From Tubiluchus corallicola (taxonomy: Eukaryota; Animalia; Priapulida), in contig JAQGDQ010000247.1 in NCBI GenBank assembly GCA_030141605.1, forward strand, positions 1 through 64,000: a DNA stretch of 64,000 nucleotides, written 5' to 3'. The notes beneath the pieces are model-generated. The model was not told the origin of the DNA and searched no databases. It saw only the letters and a list, made by a program, of their open reading frames with translations. A program made the translations under genes and the position numbers. This document shows, piece after piece, positions 27,707 to 39,545 of this stretch; position 1 is the first letter of the stretch, and each line of letters starts with the position of its first letter.

Positions 27707-28759
27707 TTAACCTTCATGGCTTGGTTCTGAAAAGTCTCCTCTGCTCTTTGTTTCCACAGCAGCATGGCTCGCATATAGCTGATCATTTTCATCCAGATCT
27801 CGTTGGCCTTCACAGTAATCTATTTCCTCTTCCACCTCTTCTGCTGTCATTTGGTCCACGGGAACGTCAACAACTGTGTACGAAGACTCTTCAACTTCCA
27901 TAGCACCTAGAACTGCTGGATGTGTAGCTTTTGCTCTGAATAAATCAAGTGTGTCTCGGTGAAGATCAGGTTCTGTACATCTTCTGTGAAACGTAGAAGC
28001 CAGGGTTGCATGAAATGGGTCAGCTTGTTGATTACTTGTTTGCTGGCTTTGTCGGCGGGCATTGTTCAATCGACGCTTGGCATCTGGTGCTAAAGCCTGG
28101 TAAGCGAGTGGCTTGAAAGGTTCTAAACTACCAGCCACATAAGATTCTCCAGATATTATTTCATGTACATCTACTATTCTCTGACCAGTGTCCAGACGAT
28201 ATAGTTTTCTCACTGCGCCAGTACTTAAGCGCACTTTTTCAGTGATTATTTCAAGAACACGAAAAAAGGTTCTATTTTCATTTCTTGGCATCACTATCAT
28301 TACAGGCTTGGACTTGTCATCGCCATTCTTGTACACGTTCATAACCAAAGGTGGTTTGAGGAAGGTATCTGACCACCGAGCTGGAATTGAAGTACTGAGC
28401 CGACGACTATGAACGACCGGCTTAACCGGACTAAACCGATTCTTACGCGGTCTTTCACGCTTTTTATTAAACTCTCTAATTTGTGCATAACTAAACTGCT
28501 GAAAGGGTTCACGACCTCCCGCGACGTAGTACTTTCCGGATTTAAGATCATCCCAGTCTTGCAATCTGCTGCCTGTATTTGGAGTGTATACGTTTCTCAC
28601 TGCTCCAAAGGGCGGCTGTAATTTGTATGTGATCTCGTCTAGAAACTTATCAAATTCTGGAATGTGCTTTTTGTTAAGAACAAGCTTCTTTCCCTCGTAA
28701 AACCTGTCACCATTCAGATATATCTTAACAGTTCTCACATCGTCAGGCGCGTAGTTCAT
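27707..28759 (-). CDS. DCDC2: Doublecortin domain-containing protein, DCDC2-like, copy B (two DCX domains plus one C-terminal DVPVDQ motif)
   Basis: 350-aa ORF with two DCX signatures (YLNGDRFYEGKK...GAVRNVYTP...YYVAGGREPF and VYKNGD...GAVRKLYRLD...YVAGSLEPFK) and a DCDC2-type tail 'LFRA...GAMEVEE...VDVPVDQ..AEEVEEE'. Possible phase-1 donor AAG|GTTAAT at 27712. Confidence 0.9.
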   Translation of the reverse strand: MNYAPDDVRTVKIYLNGDRFYEGKKLVLNKKHIPEFDKFLDEITYKLQPPFGAVRNVYTPNTGSRLQDWDDLKSGKYYVAGGREPFQQFSYAQIREFNKKRERPRKNRFSPVKPVVHSRRLSTSIPARWSDTFLKPPLVMNVYKNGDDKSKPVMIVMPRNENRTFFRVLEIITEKVRLSTGAVRKLYRLDTGQRIVDVHEIISGESYVAGSLEPFKPLAYQALAPDAKRRLNNARRQSQQTSNQQADPFHATLASTFHRRCTEPDLHRDTLDLFRAKATHPAVLGAMEVEESSYTVVDVPVDQMTAEEVEEEIDYCEGQRDLDENDQLYASHAAVETKSRGDFSEPSHEG

Positions 28760-28832
28760 GGCTTCTTTTTGAAGAAAAGCTGGCCCGAGCTTCCTTGATG
28801 AAAGAAGACCTCTAAGACAAACCTTTTTAGGT

Positions 28833-28971
28833 GACTCACGTTATGGTTAAACCAAAACGCGGTTGATTTTTTTTGATAACTCTGCTCAAACTACAAAACA
28901 CTGCGTTGCCCGAGAAACAGAGACAAATATCACTAACCTCAAATGACGTCATTAAGAAAGTAGACTGGTTA
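28833..28971 (-). promoter_or_regulatory. Promoter/5' module of DCX copy B: 29-bp block, X-box (28905-28918), CRE (28944-28951), GACTGGTTA
   Basis: Motifs and spacing are conserved with 32426-32559 while the surrounding sequence has diverged. Confidence 0.7.
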
Positions 28972-29736
28972 TCACCCAAATTTCCATTATGGTTCCAACT
29001 GCACAGCAGCACTACTGTTTGTATCTCTAACTTAAGTATGACTGTTGAAAGCCCTAATGTAAGTGAGTAAATTTCTAAGATTTGTCTGAGAGAAACGAAA
29101 TTTTGTACAATGGCATAGAATGTTGAAAACATTTGTGAGCTTCTAGTGCCATAATAAAAATCTTAAATTTTCTAATTATTGCACCTGTGCAATATGGCCT
29201 GATAAACCTTCTAGCAGATAATGCTGTAAAAAGCATTAAATGTGCAAAATTACCCAATTTAATGACGAGTTATTAATTTGAATTTTAGGCTGATTAATTG
29301 TTATAGGTAATAATTATTTTATTTAAGTAAAAGATAATATTGTAATTATTTTCATCGTGTTGACATTTTTATATTTTAGGTTGATTACATCATTATTTAC
29401 TAAAGAATCATAGTTAGCTAATTAACTTATTAGCAAATTTAATTAGCAGTAGTAGTCAGACTGAACCGAGAAGCACTTTTAAATCCAAAAGAAGTTAGTA
29501 AAGTGTAAGGACAGGCTTAAATCATCGCTGCACATAATCACGATAATGCTGATAATGTTGGTGAAGATACCCCTGCTTCCCCCCTGAAGTTCTCTGGTTT
29601 AAACATGTGCCCAGTTCCATTCTTTTTTCATTTTCATCATATGTCTCAAGAATATAGCTGTTCTGTTCAGTCATGTCATATTGAATTCATTTTAACCTTT
29701 GTAATCACTAAATCTATAAATTTCAGTGGTACTCAC

Positions 29737-32386
29737 CTTCTTGGTTTGTAGTGCTCTTTGTCTCTTCTTCAATCTCCTCTGGATATAATTGACGAATGCG
29801 TAAAGCTTCCACGTTATTTTCAGAAGAAGACTGTTCACTTTCATCGAGATTATGTTGGTCTTCATTGGTGTCTGTTTTTTCTATTTCTGATCCTGTAACC
29901 ACGTGATCTACTGGAAGATCTACTACAGTGGTTGAAGTTTCATCAATATCTCGCCTAATTTCTGCTTCTTCTGCATTTTCGTCTTCATATAGCTCATTAC
30001 TAGCAGAAATTTTCACTATTTCAGGTAGAATCAGTTCACTTTCAGGCACATTCTGTTCATTTTCACTGCTACCTGGCTTTATTGGTAGCAATTCTGAGAT
30101 CATTTGGTCTGCAAGAAAGATTGCATCTGAAGTTTCATTGTCTTTGCATCTGTTTGTTGTGTCTTCTTCAGTCAACTCTGGATGTGAATTAGCACCGTGA
30201 AAAGACTGTTCACTATCATCCAGATTGTGATAGCTTTCATTAATGTCTGTTTCTTTTAATTCTGTTTCTGTGATCATGTAATCTATAGGAAGAGTTATCG
30301 TTGAGCCTGAAGTTTCTCGAATATCTTCCTCAATGTCTCTACTGGTTTTTGCTTCTTCTGCATATTGGTCTTTATATAACTGAATACTGACAGAATCTGT
30401 CTCATATTCATGTTTACTTTCATCCAAATCCTGATCACTTTTGATATTATCTGTCTTTACAGGTATAAATTCGGGAATTATTTGATCTACAAGAGGATCA
30501 GTCATTGTGTCAGAAATCTCATTGGTATTGTATTTGTTTTGTGCTTCTTCTTGTTCTTGTCCTTCTTCTTTGGTCTGCTCTGTATGAAGCTGATCGGCGT
30601 AAAAGTTTTCAATGATGTTTTCAGATAAAGGCTGTTCACTTTTGTCCAGATTCTGTTGAATTTCATTACTATCTGTCCTCATTGGTACTAATTCTGAGAC
30701 AATTTGATCTACAGGAAGATCCACCATTGTATCAGAAGTCTCATCAACATTGTATCTGTTTTGTGTTTCTTCTTCTTCATTCTGTTCTGAATGTTGCTGA
30801 TCACTGTGAAAATTTGCAACGGCATTTTCAAATGTCTGTCCAGTTTCATCGAGTTGTTGGCCGCCTTTATTTGTGTCTGTTTTTTCTAATTCTATTTCAT
30901 TTGTCACGTGATCTACTGCAAGATCGACCGCTGTGTTTGAAGTTTCATCATTATCTCCCTTGTTTTCTGCTTCTTCTGTACTTTGGTCGTCACACAACTC
31001 TTTACTCGCAGAAATTGTCACAATTTCAGGTAAAGGCAATATATTTTCATCCAGATTCTGTTGATTTTCACTGCTATATGTCTTTACTTGTACTAATTGT
31101 AAGGCCATTTGGTCTACCGGAAGATCTGCCATTGCATCAGAAGTTTCACCAACATTGTACCTGTTTTGTGCTGCTTCTTCAGTATGTTCTGGATACAGCT
31201 GATCACTGTGAAAAATTGCTAGGTTGTTTTCAGGAAGAAACTGATCATTTTCATCTAAAATCTGTTGATCCTCGATACTGTCTGCCTTTGCAAGTAATGC
31301 TTCTGTGGCCATTTGACCTACCATTGTGTCTGGAGTTTCATCGACATTTTCCCTGATTATTTCGTGCTTGTCAATTTGATTTGAATCCAGATGACCACCA
31401 CGATCAACTGCTATGTCAGCTTCAGGAGGCAATTGCTCACTTTTATCCAGATTCTGATGACCTTCAGTAGTGTAGATCTCTTCTGGCACTGTTTCTGCAA
31501 TCGTTAAATCTACAGGAATATCAAGTTTTGTGTCTGATGTTTCCTCAACTTCAAAGGCACCTGATACTGCAGGGTGACTTGCTGTAGCTCTAAATATGTT
31601 TTTATCATAATCAGATTCTGTACATTTTCTGTGGAATATAGAAGGCAAATATGCATCAATTGGATTGCTTCCTGGCACGCGACAGGCTTTGCTCAATCGA
31701 CGCTTGGCCTCTGGTCCCAAACCCTTGTACCCAACTGGTTTGAATGCTTCCAAGCCGCTGGCTACGTAAGATGCCCCAGATTCTATTTCATATGCATTAT
31801 GTATCCTTTGGCCAGTTTCCAGACTATACAATTTTCTAACTGCTCCACTATTAAGACGTACTTTTTCTGTGATTTTTTGAAGAATGCGCGCCAGCGTCCT
31901 CACTTCACTTTTTACCATGATCATCATTACAGGGTTGGACTTGTCATCTCCATTTTTGTAAACGTTCATAACTAAGGGCGGTTTAAGAAAGGTATCCGAC
32001 CACCGAGATGGAACTGAATGACTGAATCGACGACTATGAACAACTGGCTTGATCCTTCCGAACCGATTCTTGAGTGGTTTTGCTCTAGTTCTGTTGAAAT
32101 CTGCAATTTGTGCATATTTGAAATGCTTAAAAGGTTCACGACCCGCTGCAACATAATTCTTTCCAGATTTGATATCACCCCAGTCGTGAATCCTGCTGCC
32201 TGTATTTGGAGTGTACACATTTCTCACGGCCCCAAAAGGCGGCTGTATTTTCTTGGTGACTTCATCCAAAAGTTTGTCAAAAGTGTGAACATATTTTTTG
32301 TTTAGAACGAATTTCTTCCCCTCATAGAACCGATCACCATTCAGGAATATTTTAAAATTTCTCACATCTTCAGGATGGTAGCTCAT
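29737..32386 (-). CDS. DCDC2: Doublecortin domain-containing protein, DCDC2-like, copy A; first coding exon (two DCX domains plus ~9 acidic 60-75 aa repeats)
   Basis: 887-aa ORF 29723..32386; the N-terminal ~220 aa are clearly paralogous to copy B. A consensus AAG|GTGAGT donor at 29737 (phase 1) matches the phase of all downstream exons, giving a predicted 1495-aa product. Confidence 0.9.
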
Positions 32387-32425
32387 GGTTTCCTGGAAAT
32401 CCGACTGGTCAAGGAGTTATTTGTC

Positions 32426-32559
32426 GACTCACGTTATGGTTAAACCAAAACGCGCTCGACCTTCCGCCTCATGTCATTCTAGAAACCATAATGTTGCCCG
32501 AGAGACAGACATTGGCAACCACAACTCGACATGACGTCACTAAAATTGTAGACCGGTTA
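32426..32559 (-). promoter_or_regulatory. Promoter/5' module of DCX copy A: 29-bp block, X-box (32493-32506), CRE (32532-32539), GACCGGTTA
   Basis: Same motif order and the same 39-bp and 16-bp offsets as copy B. Confidence 0.7.
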
Positions 32560-33066
32560 CAGTGTAAAATTACAGATTGCGTGATCACCAACTTTGTTTT
32601 AGAACAGTACAAACAAGTACTGATTCTCACATGAATGAAAAGAAAACAAATACAGATGACATTGTAATGTATTTAGCAGCAATGCAAGAGCTTGTGTTTG
32701 GTTGTGGCAGGTTTTAAGTTGGTGTTTGAGACTTGAAAACAATGTTATAAAGCTGTTAAATCTTGCCCCCTAGAACAAATGCTTTAAGGGGAAAGAATGG
32801 CGTTTTTAAACTATGTTGCAAAAAAACTTTCCACAAAAAGTTATATTGTTTGAAAGACTTGCGTGACTAGAAAAGACAATTTTTAATAATTTAAATTATT
32901 TGCGCCAACTGGCAAAACGTCACTGAGTCACACTAGACAGGAAACCAACTGTCAGAGAGTTTACAATTTCGTGCCGACAGTAACTCGCAAAGCACTTCAC
33001 ACTTACGAGTTTGCTGTCAGAAAGAAAACTCGGGAGAGAAAATTCGCTAATTTGAATGTGCCATTA

Positions 33067-33745
33067 TGGCGCGTTCAGACGTAGAGACTTCTCTCGCGAC
33101 TTGTTGCAACGTGTGAGCGGCTTGACAACTTTACTCACAACTTATTGCAACGCGCGAGCGGCTTGACAACTTTACTCACAACTTGTTGCAACGTGTGAGC
33201 GGCTTGACAACTTTACTCACAACTTGTTGCAACGTGTGAGCGGCTTGGCAACTTTACTCACAACTTGTTGCAACGTGTGAGCGGCTTGACAACTTTGCTC
33301 ACAACTTGTTGTAACGTTTGAGCGGCTTGGCAACTTCTCTTGCAACTTATTACAACGCGTGAGCGGCTTGACAACTTTACTCACAACTTGTTGCAACGTG
33401 TGAGCGGCTTGGCAACTTTACTCACAACTTGTTACAACGTGTGAGCGGCTTGGCAACTTTACTCACAACTTGTTGCAACGTGTGAGCGGCTTGACAACTT
33501 TGCTCACAACTTGTTGTAACGTTTGAGCGGCTTGGCAACTTCTCTTGCAACTTATTACAACGCGTGAGCGGCTTGACAACTTTACTCACAACTTGTTGCA
33601 ACGTGTGAGCGGCTTGGCAACTTTTCTCACAACTTGTTGTAACGTTTGAGCGGCTTGGCAACTTCTCTTGCAACTTATTACAACGCGTGAGCGGCTTGAC
33701 AACTTTTCTCACAACTTGTTGCAACGTGTGAGAAATCTCTCTCAG
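33067..33745 (+). mobile_element. PIF/Harbinger-like MITE end followed by an internal satellite
   Basis: The TTA|TGGCGCGTTCAGACGTAGAGACTTC terminus recurs at ~56026, with a related one at ~54275. Confidence 0.5.
33098..33732. repeat. 41-bp minisatellite, ~15 units, with a 123-bp (3-unit) higher-order repeat
   Basis: Unit acttgttgcaacgtgtgagcggcttgacaactttactcaca; variant units recur every third copy in the 3' part. Confidence 0.95.
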
Positions 33746-34202
33746 AGAAATAAGTTTCATTTTTAGTTTTTCAGTTGAGTATTTTACCCCCCCCCCACTC
33801 CAAGGTAGGTCCCATGCTTTACAAACTGTTTAGTTTTATATTATCGTTCTTTGTTACTTTGTTAAAAATGTTTATCGTTTAAAAATGCATTGTTTTTTGT
33901 GTAACTTACATTTTTAAACCGCGTTTTGATTAGGCGAACAGCAGAAAATTATGTAGGATCATTATGTACAGTATACAGAGTTTTTGTGACCTCTTTTTAC
34001 AACACCAATATGCAGCTTTTGTTGGATTTATTTGCTGAGAAATCTGCTATTTAGTCTAATTCTGGCAATGAGAGATTTAATCTCAAATCATCATGCGTGA
34101 CTTGTTCCTAATTTCTTTTGCCGGTTGTTATGCGTTGCGTGTGAAAAAAGGCGAGGAATGAACAACAACTGTTTTGTTCCGGGAACAGGCTCACTAACAG
34201 GA

Positions 34203-34575
34203 TGTAGAAATCAGACCAGCTACAGGTTTTTGTGCAAAGTAGCTGTTGATTCGAATTAACCACAATGCAGAAATCACACCAGCTACAATTTTTTGTGCAA
34301 TGTTAGCTGTTCATTCTTATTATTCATAAGGTAGGAATCACTTCAGCTGCTCAGCTTCAGCTTTTTGTGTAAAGTTAGCTGCTGATTCCAATTAATTGCG
34401 AAGCAGAAGTCTCACCAGCTACAACTTTTTGTGCAAAGTTAGCTGTTGATTCCAATTAATCACAATGCAGGAATCACATCAGCTTTTTGTGCAAAGTTAG
34501 TTGATGATTCTAATTAATCGTGACGCAGAAATCACGCGTTTTTGTGTAAATTTAGCTGTTGATTCTAATTAATAA
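34203..34575. repeat. ~55-70 bp degenerate tandem repeat (~6 units)
   Basis: Recurrent gcagaaatcac..cagct...tttttgtgcaaagttagctgttgattc.aattaa. Confidence 0.85.
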
Positions 34576-35299
34576 TGAGATTAGCATAGCTCACTTTACC
34601 GAAAAATGTTCGTTAACGGAACTCTGGCAGATGGGAGGGTGAGCTGCACCGGTAGCCTCGGATCGTTTTCTCTCGGAAAAACTGCCCTCCTAATTACGCG
34701 TCCCGGAGAAATCTAATTTATCAATGATTATTTTGCTCTGGCTTTGTTGCGGGGCGCATAGGTGACGCTGACCAGTCGCTCATTATCAAAATACAGCAGA
34801 TGTCGCGACCTTTGCTGTATTGGTCAGTGATTATTTTACCCACTTTTCAGTGGTGACCCCGCTGATTGTAAAACAGTAGTACTGTGATTAGGTGGATGTA
34901 TCGCGAATGTTCGACACGCTTTCTGCTAATTTGTTAAGGATAAAATCATGTAGCGCTTCGTTGATAATCAAGCTAATCCATTTGGTATCTGCACCCCCGC
35001 GGAGACGACCATTGCTGTAGTCGCACTTATCAAATGATATTTGCTTTGTGCAAAACACAGATGTAAAATATAAGAACCACTTCAAATCCATTTGTCTTCA
35101 GCTTTCGCAGCTGTGAAGCTAAATAATTCGAATTTCTCTTTTTCTGCTGATTGGGCTCTGCCGAGGCAGGGACATTATTTGGGCTTAATTGATCGTGTAC
35201 AGGGCGTTAAGAAATTACAGATTCGCTAAGATTAAAAAATTGTTACAAGTAGATGCCTTTCATACATTTTTGTAATTTATATTTTTTTAATTAATAATC

Positions 35300-35700
35300 T
35301 ATATATTACAAATTCTGCTTATCGTTGGTGTTTAATGTGTTAAAAAGCAAATGTCTGTATTTTTCCCCCGAAAATATGTGAAATATGTGAAAAGTTTTTG
35401 TTATTGGCAGTAATGTCAGTGAAAGTGAAGAATATATAGGGTACATACTGTCTGACGATGATTGTGATGATGTAGATATTGTTTGCCAGTTAAGATTATT
35501 CTATGCAAGAGCTAATACACTATGTAATAATTTTATTGTTCTTCAAAGGAAGTAAAAAGTATCTTGTTCAAATCGTGTTACAGCGGAATTTATTGTAGGC
35601 TAACGGATATCCTATTAGCGGTTTACTAATGCAAAGCTGACATGGGTGTTGCTGGCAGTAATTTTATTGAATATTATGAATTAGGTACGAGAGCGTTTTA
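35300..35700 (+). mobile_element. Degraded LINE reverse-transcriptase C-terminal remnant (L2/CR1-group)
   Basis: The translation YIGYILSDDDCDDVDIVCQLRLFYARANTL...KEVKSILFKS resembles the post-RT 'YLG...DDxDI.RQ...Y..N.L...K..LF' segment; frameshifted. Confidence 0.65.
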
Positions 35701-38571
35701 TAATAGTGTTTATCCATATTAATGTGCCCACGATAATGTTAAAGTATTAATGACGAAGAGCAGCATAATATGGATATATACATATATTCATATGGATATA
35801 TGGATCAAGAAATCGCATACTTGCAAGAAAAAAAATCACATTCTAATTATTGGTTGTAAGAACTCTCTGATGTTTTAATTGGGTCACTGTTTTTTAAAAA
35901 CTAGCGAAATGAAGGGTGTTATGTGATGATTTTAAGTTGAAAATTTTTAAGCTAAGGTATTTTCAATAGGTTCTTTAGTTAGTTTTATCAACATTGTTTT
36001 ATGAACATTGTTTTATCAACATTGTTCATCAACATTGTTCTATCAACATTGTTTTATCACATTGTTTATGTGTGTTGGAAATGTCTGTAATATGGTATTA
36101 TGTGTATTGAATTAAAATAAAAATAAAAAATAAAATTATATTTTTAATCTACAGAAATAAAAACTCAAAAAACTGACCCCCAATTTCATAGAGAAACGCC
36201 TACAATGACACTGCTTCATCGAATAATGAACATCTGAATGACAATTGGCGGCAACCGGATGTTAAAATAAATGTTCTTTATTGAACGTTAAGTTGTTTTT
36301 GTTCGTTTTTTACTCACACCGCATAATCGGTCGGTAATTTCTTGCCACCTTGTACAACATTTACAGCTGATATCGTTCTGTGCTAATTACATGTTAATTG
36401 CATTAACGTTTTAGCTCACTGAGACGATTTTGTTAAGCCAATTCAATGATCATTGTGTGTTTTGATTAATCGTGTCCCGTTTTGTTAGCAGGCTTTAATT
36501 TATTTCGAAGTATAAACTGCTGCTAAATAATCAGTTTGGGTTTATTTAGGTTTTAGCCGAATAAGCGTTGCATTTCGACGTGGAGGGTAAGACATTTTCT
36601 AATTTAGCTGTTTGAGTGTAAGACATAAATTTAAGCATTTAATTTACAAAATTATCTGTATTTAAATTCAATTGGTTTGTAAATTGAAAAACCTTCCTTA
36701 CATAACAACGTATAACAGCTCGGTAAAAACAAATCGCTTTAGCATAATTTATTACGTTTTTTGGGGTAATTTTGAAACGGACTCTTGCTAACAAACAATG
36801 GAAACTGTTTCAATTATAGAACACAAACCCACATACTTTGATCGTTTAGCCTACTTGAAACTTTGCGTCACCAATAAGCACCTTCTGGTTTTCTTTTATC
36901 ATAATTTAATTACCTGCGTGTCCTGGATAAGCAGCCAGTCAGACAGACAGACAAACAGACAGTTTATTTATTAGATTACGAAAAATCAATCATGAAATAG
37001 AATACAGATCCGAGACTCCGCAATGCTCCATTCTATTGGAATGACGTAAAATGAATGATTGCTTTCATAGATTTAGTGATGTTATGTGCAGTCTATCTGC
37101 ATCATTAGGTCATCCATATATGGATGTAGAATGATGCATTGCAGTATATATTGAAGATTAGTTTAAAAGACCGGTTGACTTAACTCATTCTACTGTTATC
37201 ACTATGTGGCGCCACGTGTTTACACACAAGTGCCGTACGTCTGACTTATTAAACGTGTTGTGCACAGATAATAAGCCGATGTTGTTTTTTATTTGTTTGT
37301 TTTGTATTGCAATAATTAAAATTTTATTTTTCTCATTTAGAAACAAAAGGTAATTCTGATCAGCAGCTTTTAGAGAATCGCGAGAATTGCTTGAATTAAT
37401 TTATTAGAATTTATAGATATTGATTGATTGATTAGTTTATTTGAGCTAAAAACCAAATGCAAACATATACACACATAAAATAAAATTTGAACTATAGCAC
37501 ACAATGTTAAAATCTATAACTAAAAAATCACATAAAATTAATCATTAGGGTAAGAAATTATATACGAAGTAAAAGATATCGTATACACAGAGGTTATATA
37601 ATTGAACCTGATTTAAGTACCTGCGATTATTGCAACAGGAAATTTGACGTGCATCGTATGTCAGACACATTAATATGTGACACGTTCTAATGTTAGGCTT
37701 GAAAAAAGAATAAAAGATTTGTTTTTATTTTTAGACCTAATCTTAGCACTACTATTACATTCGTATTTCTAAAATACTATGCATTATAGAGGTTACTTTA
37801 AGGTAAACGAATGTGAATTTTGCATTAAAATAAATATAATCGCCCTTTTAGCATTTTTCTTTTGCTGGCAGCCTAATACCCGTGTTGGCGCTACACAAGG
37901 CTCACGCTTGGGCCCATCAACATTTGCGCACGACATTATCGCTTGATCCTCTTGCTCAAGGCGTCCAAACAACCAAACTTATTATGTGTCTTGCTTTAGA
38001 CTTGGGCTGATTTTTCAAACATATTGTCAGCGCCGGGTCACAATGGCGCACAAAAATCGCTTAAAAGGCATATTTACTCAGGAAATACTCATTGAAAACG
38101 TGTGAAAGCGGGCATTCGGGCGGCTGCCGTGTGCCTCGCAGGGACATTTTAGATAGTTTTACCCGTTTTTGTGCGAGTTTTTTGTTATGGAAATGCTGTG
38201 TAACATTAGCAGTTCTTCTACAATGGGCGGCGACCGACACACTTACCACCTCCCGGAGCAGCTGCTGTGAGATGCTGATAGGCTGATAGCAGTTTTTTAT
38301 TGGCTAATCACCGGTTTTTTATTCGATTGATGCGGGGAATATTGATGGTTTGGGCGGCTAATGAAGAAGCTTGTTACATCCGAATTACATTACACTGGCT
38401 TCCTGATAAAATTAGTTAACGAAGCCAGCAGGCAGGCTGAAAAGATCGACTTAAAAGCGTCTCTGCACAGCGCAAAATTTTTGTGACAGGTTCTAGGGCT
38501 CTCAAACAAAATGATGTAGTGATTTAAAGAAAAGTACTTCGCGCGCCGAGTAGTGATTTCAGAATAGTGAC

Positions 38572-38855
38572 TTTAAGGAAAGGACAGGTCACTGACCATG
38601 TAGGTTTATTGTACTGTGAAAATTAGATAAATATAACAAAGAAATTTGCAAATTTGCAAAAAACTCTCTATGAAGCATAAAGTTACTTTTTTACTATCGC
38701 TTTGTGGATATGTTCAAGCGATGTGGTAGCCGAGATTCTCTTGAAAATTATGACGTAATTGCTGGACTTCGTGACATTTCGCAAGCGCTTCGTGGATTTC
38801 CGTTTGCGTGTGCAGCTTAAGCTAATTAAAATTTCTGCAACTTATCTAACATTAA
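38572..38855 (+). mobile_element. Dispersed DNA element family 3 (TTAAGGAAAGGACAGG start)
   Basis: Colinear similarity with the two halves at 8405-8510 and 8940-9045. Confidence 0.55.
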
Positions 38856-39019
38856 TGAAAAAAAATCACAATCACATAATTAATTGCCTATTTTTTTCGT
38901 AAAAATGTATACTCTTCAGTCGATGAAAGATATCAGTGGTGGAAGAATGCGTGTTCAAAGTGGGAACACCCAAAGCGCAAAATAGTGAAATGAATTCAGA
39001 TGCTGATATTTGTTGTTGT

Positions 39020-39545
<526 letters not shown>

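Noticed and set aside
24356-32305. + strand ORFs overlapping the DCX gene (e.g. 30682..31356, 25100..25516)
   Set aside because: Antisense shadows of the acidic or repetitive coding strand.
33098-33732. 41-bp repeat array as a CRISPR array
   Set aside because: The units are contiguous with no unique spacers, there are no cas genes, and the context is eukaryotic.
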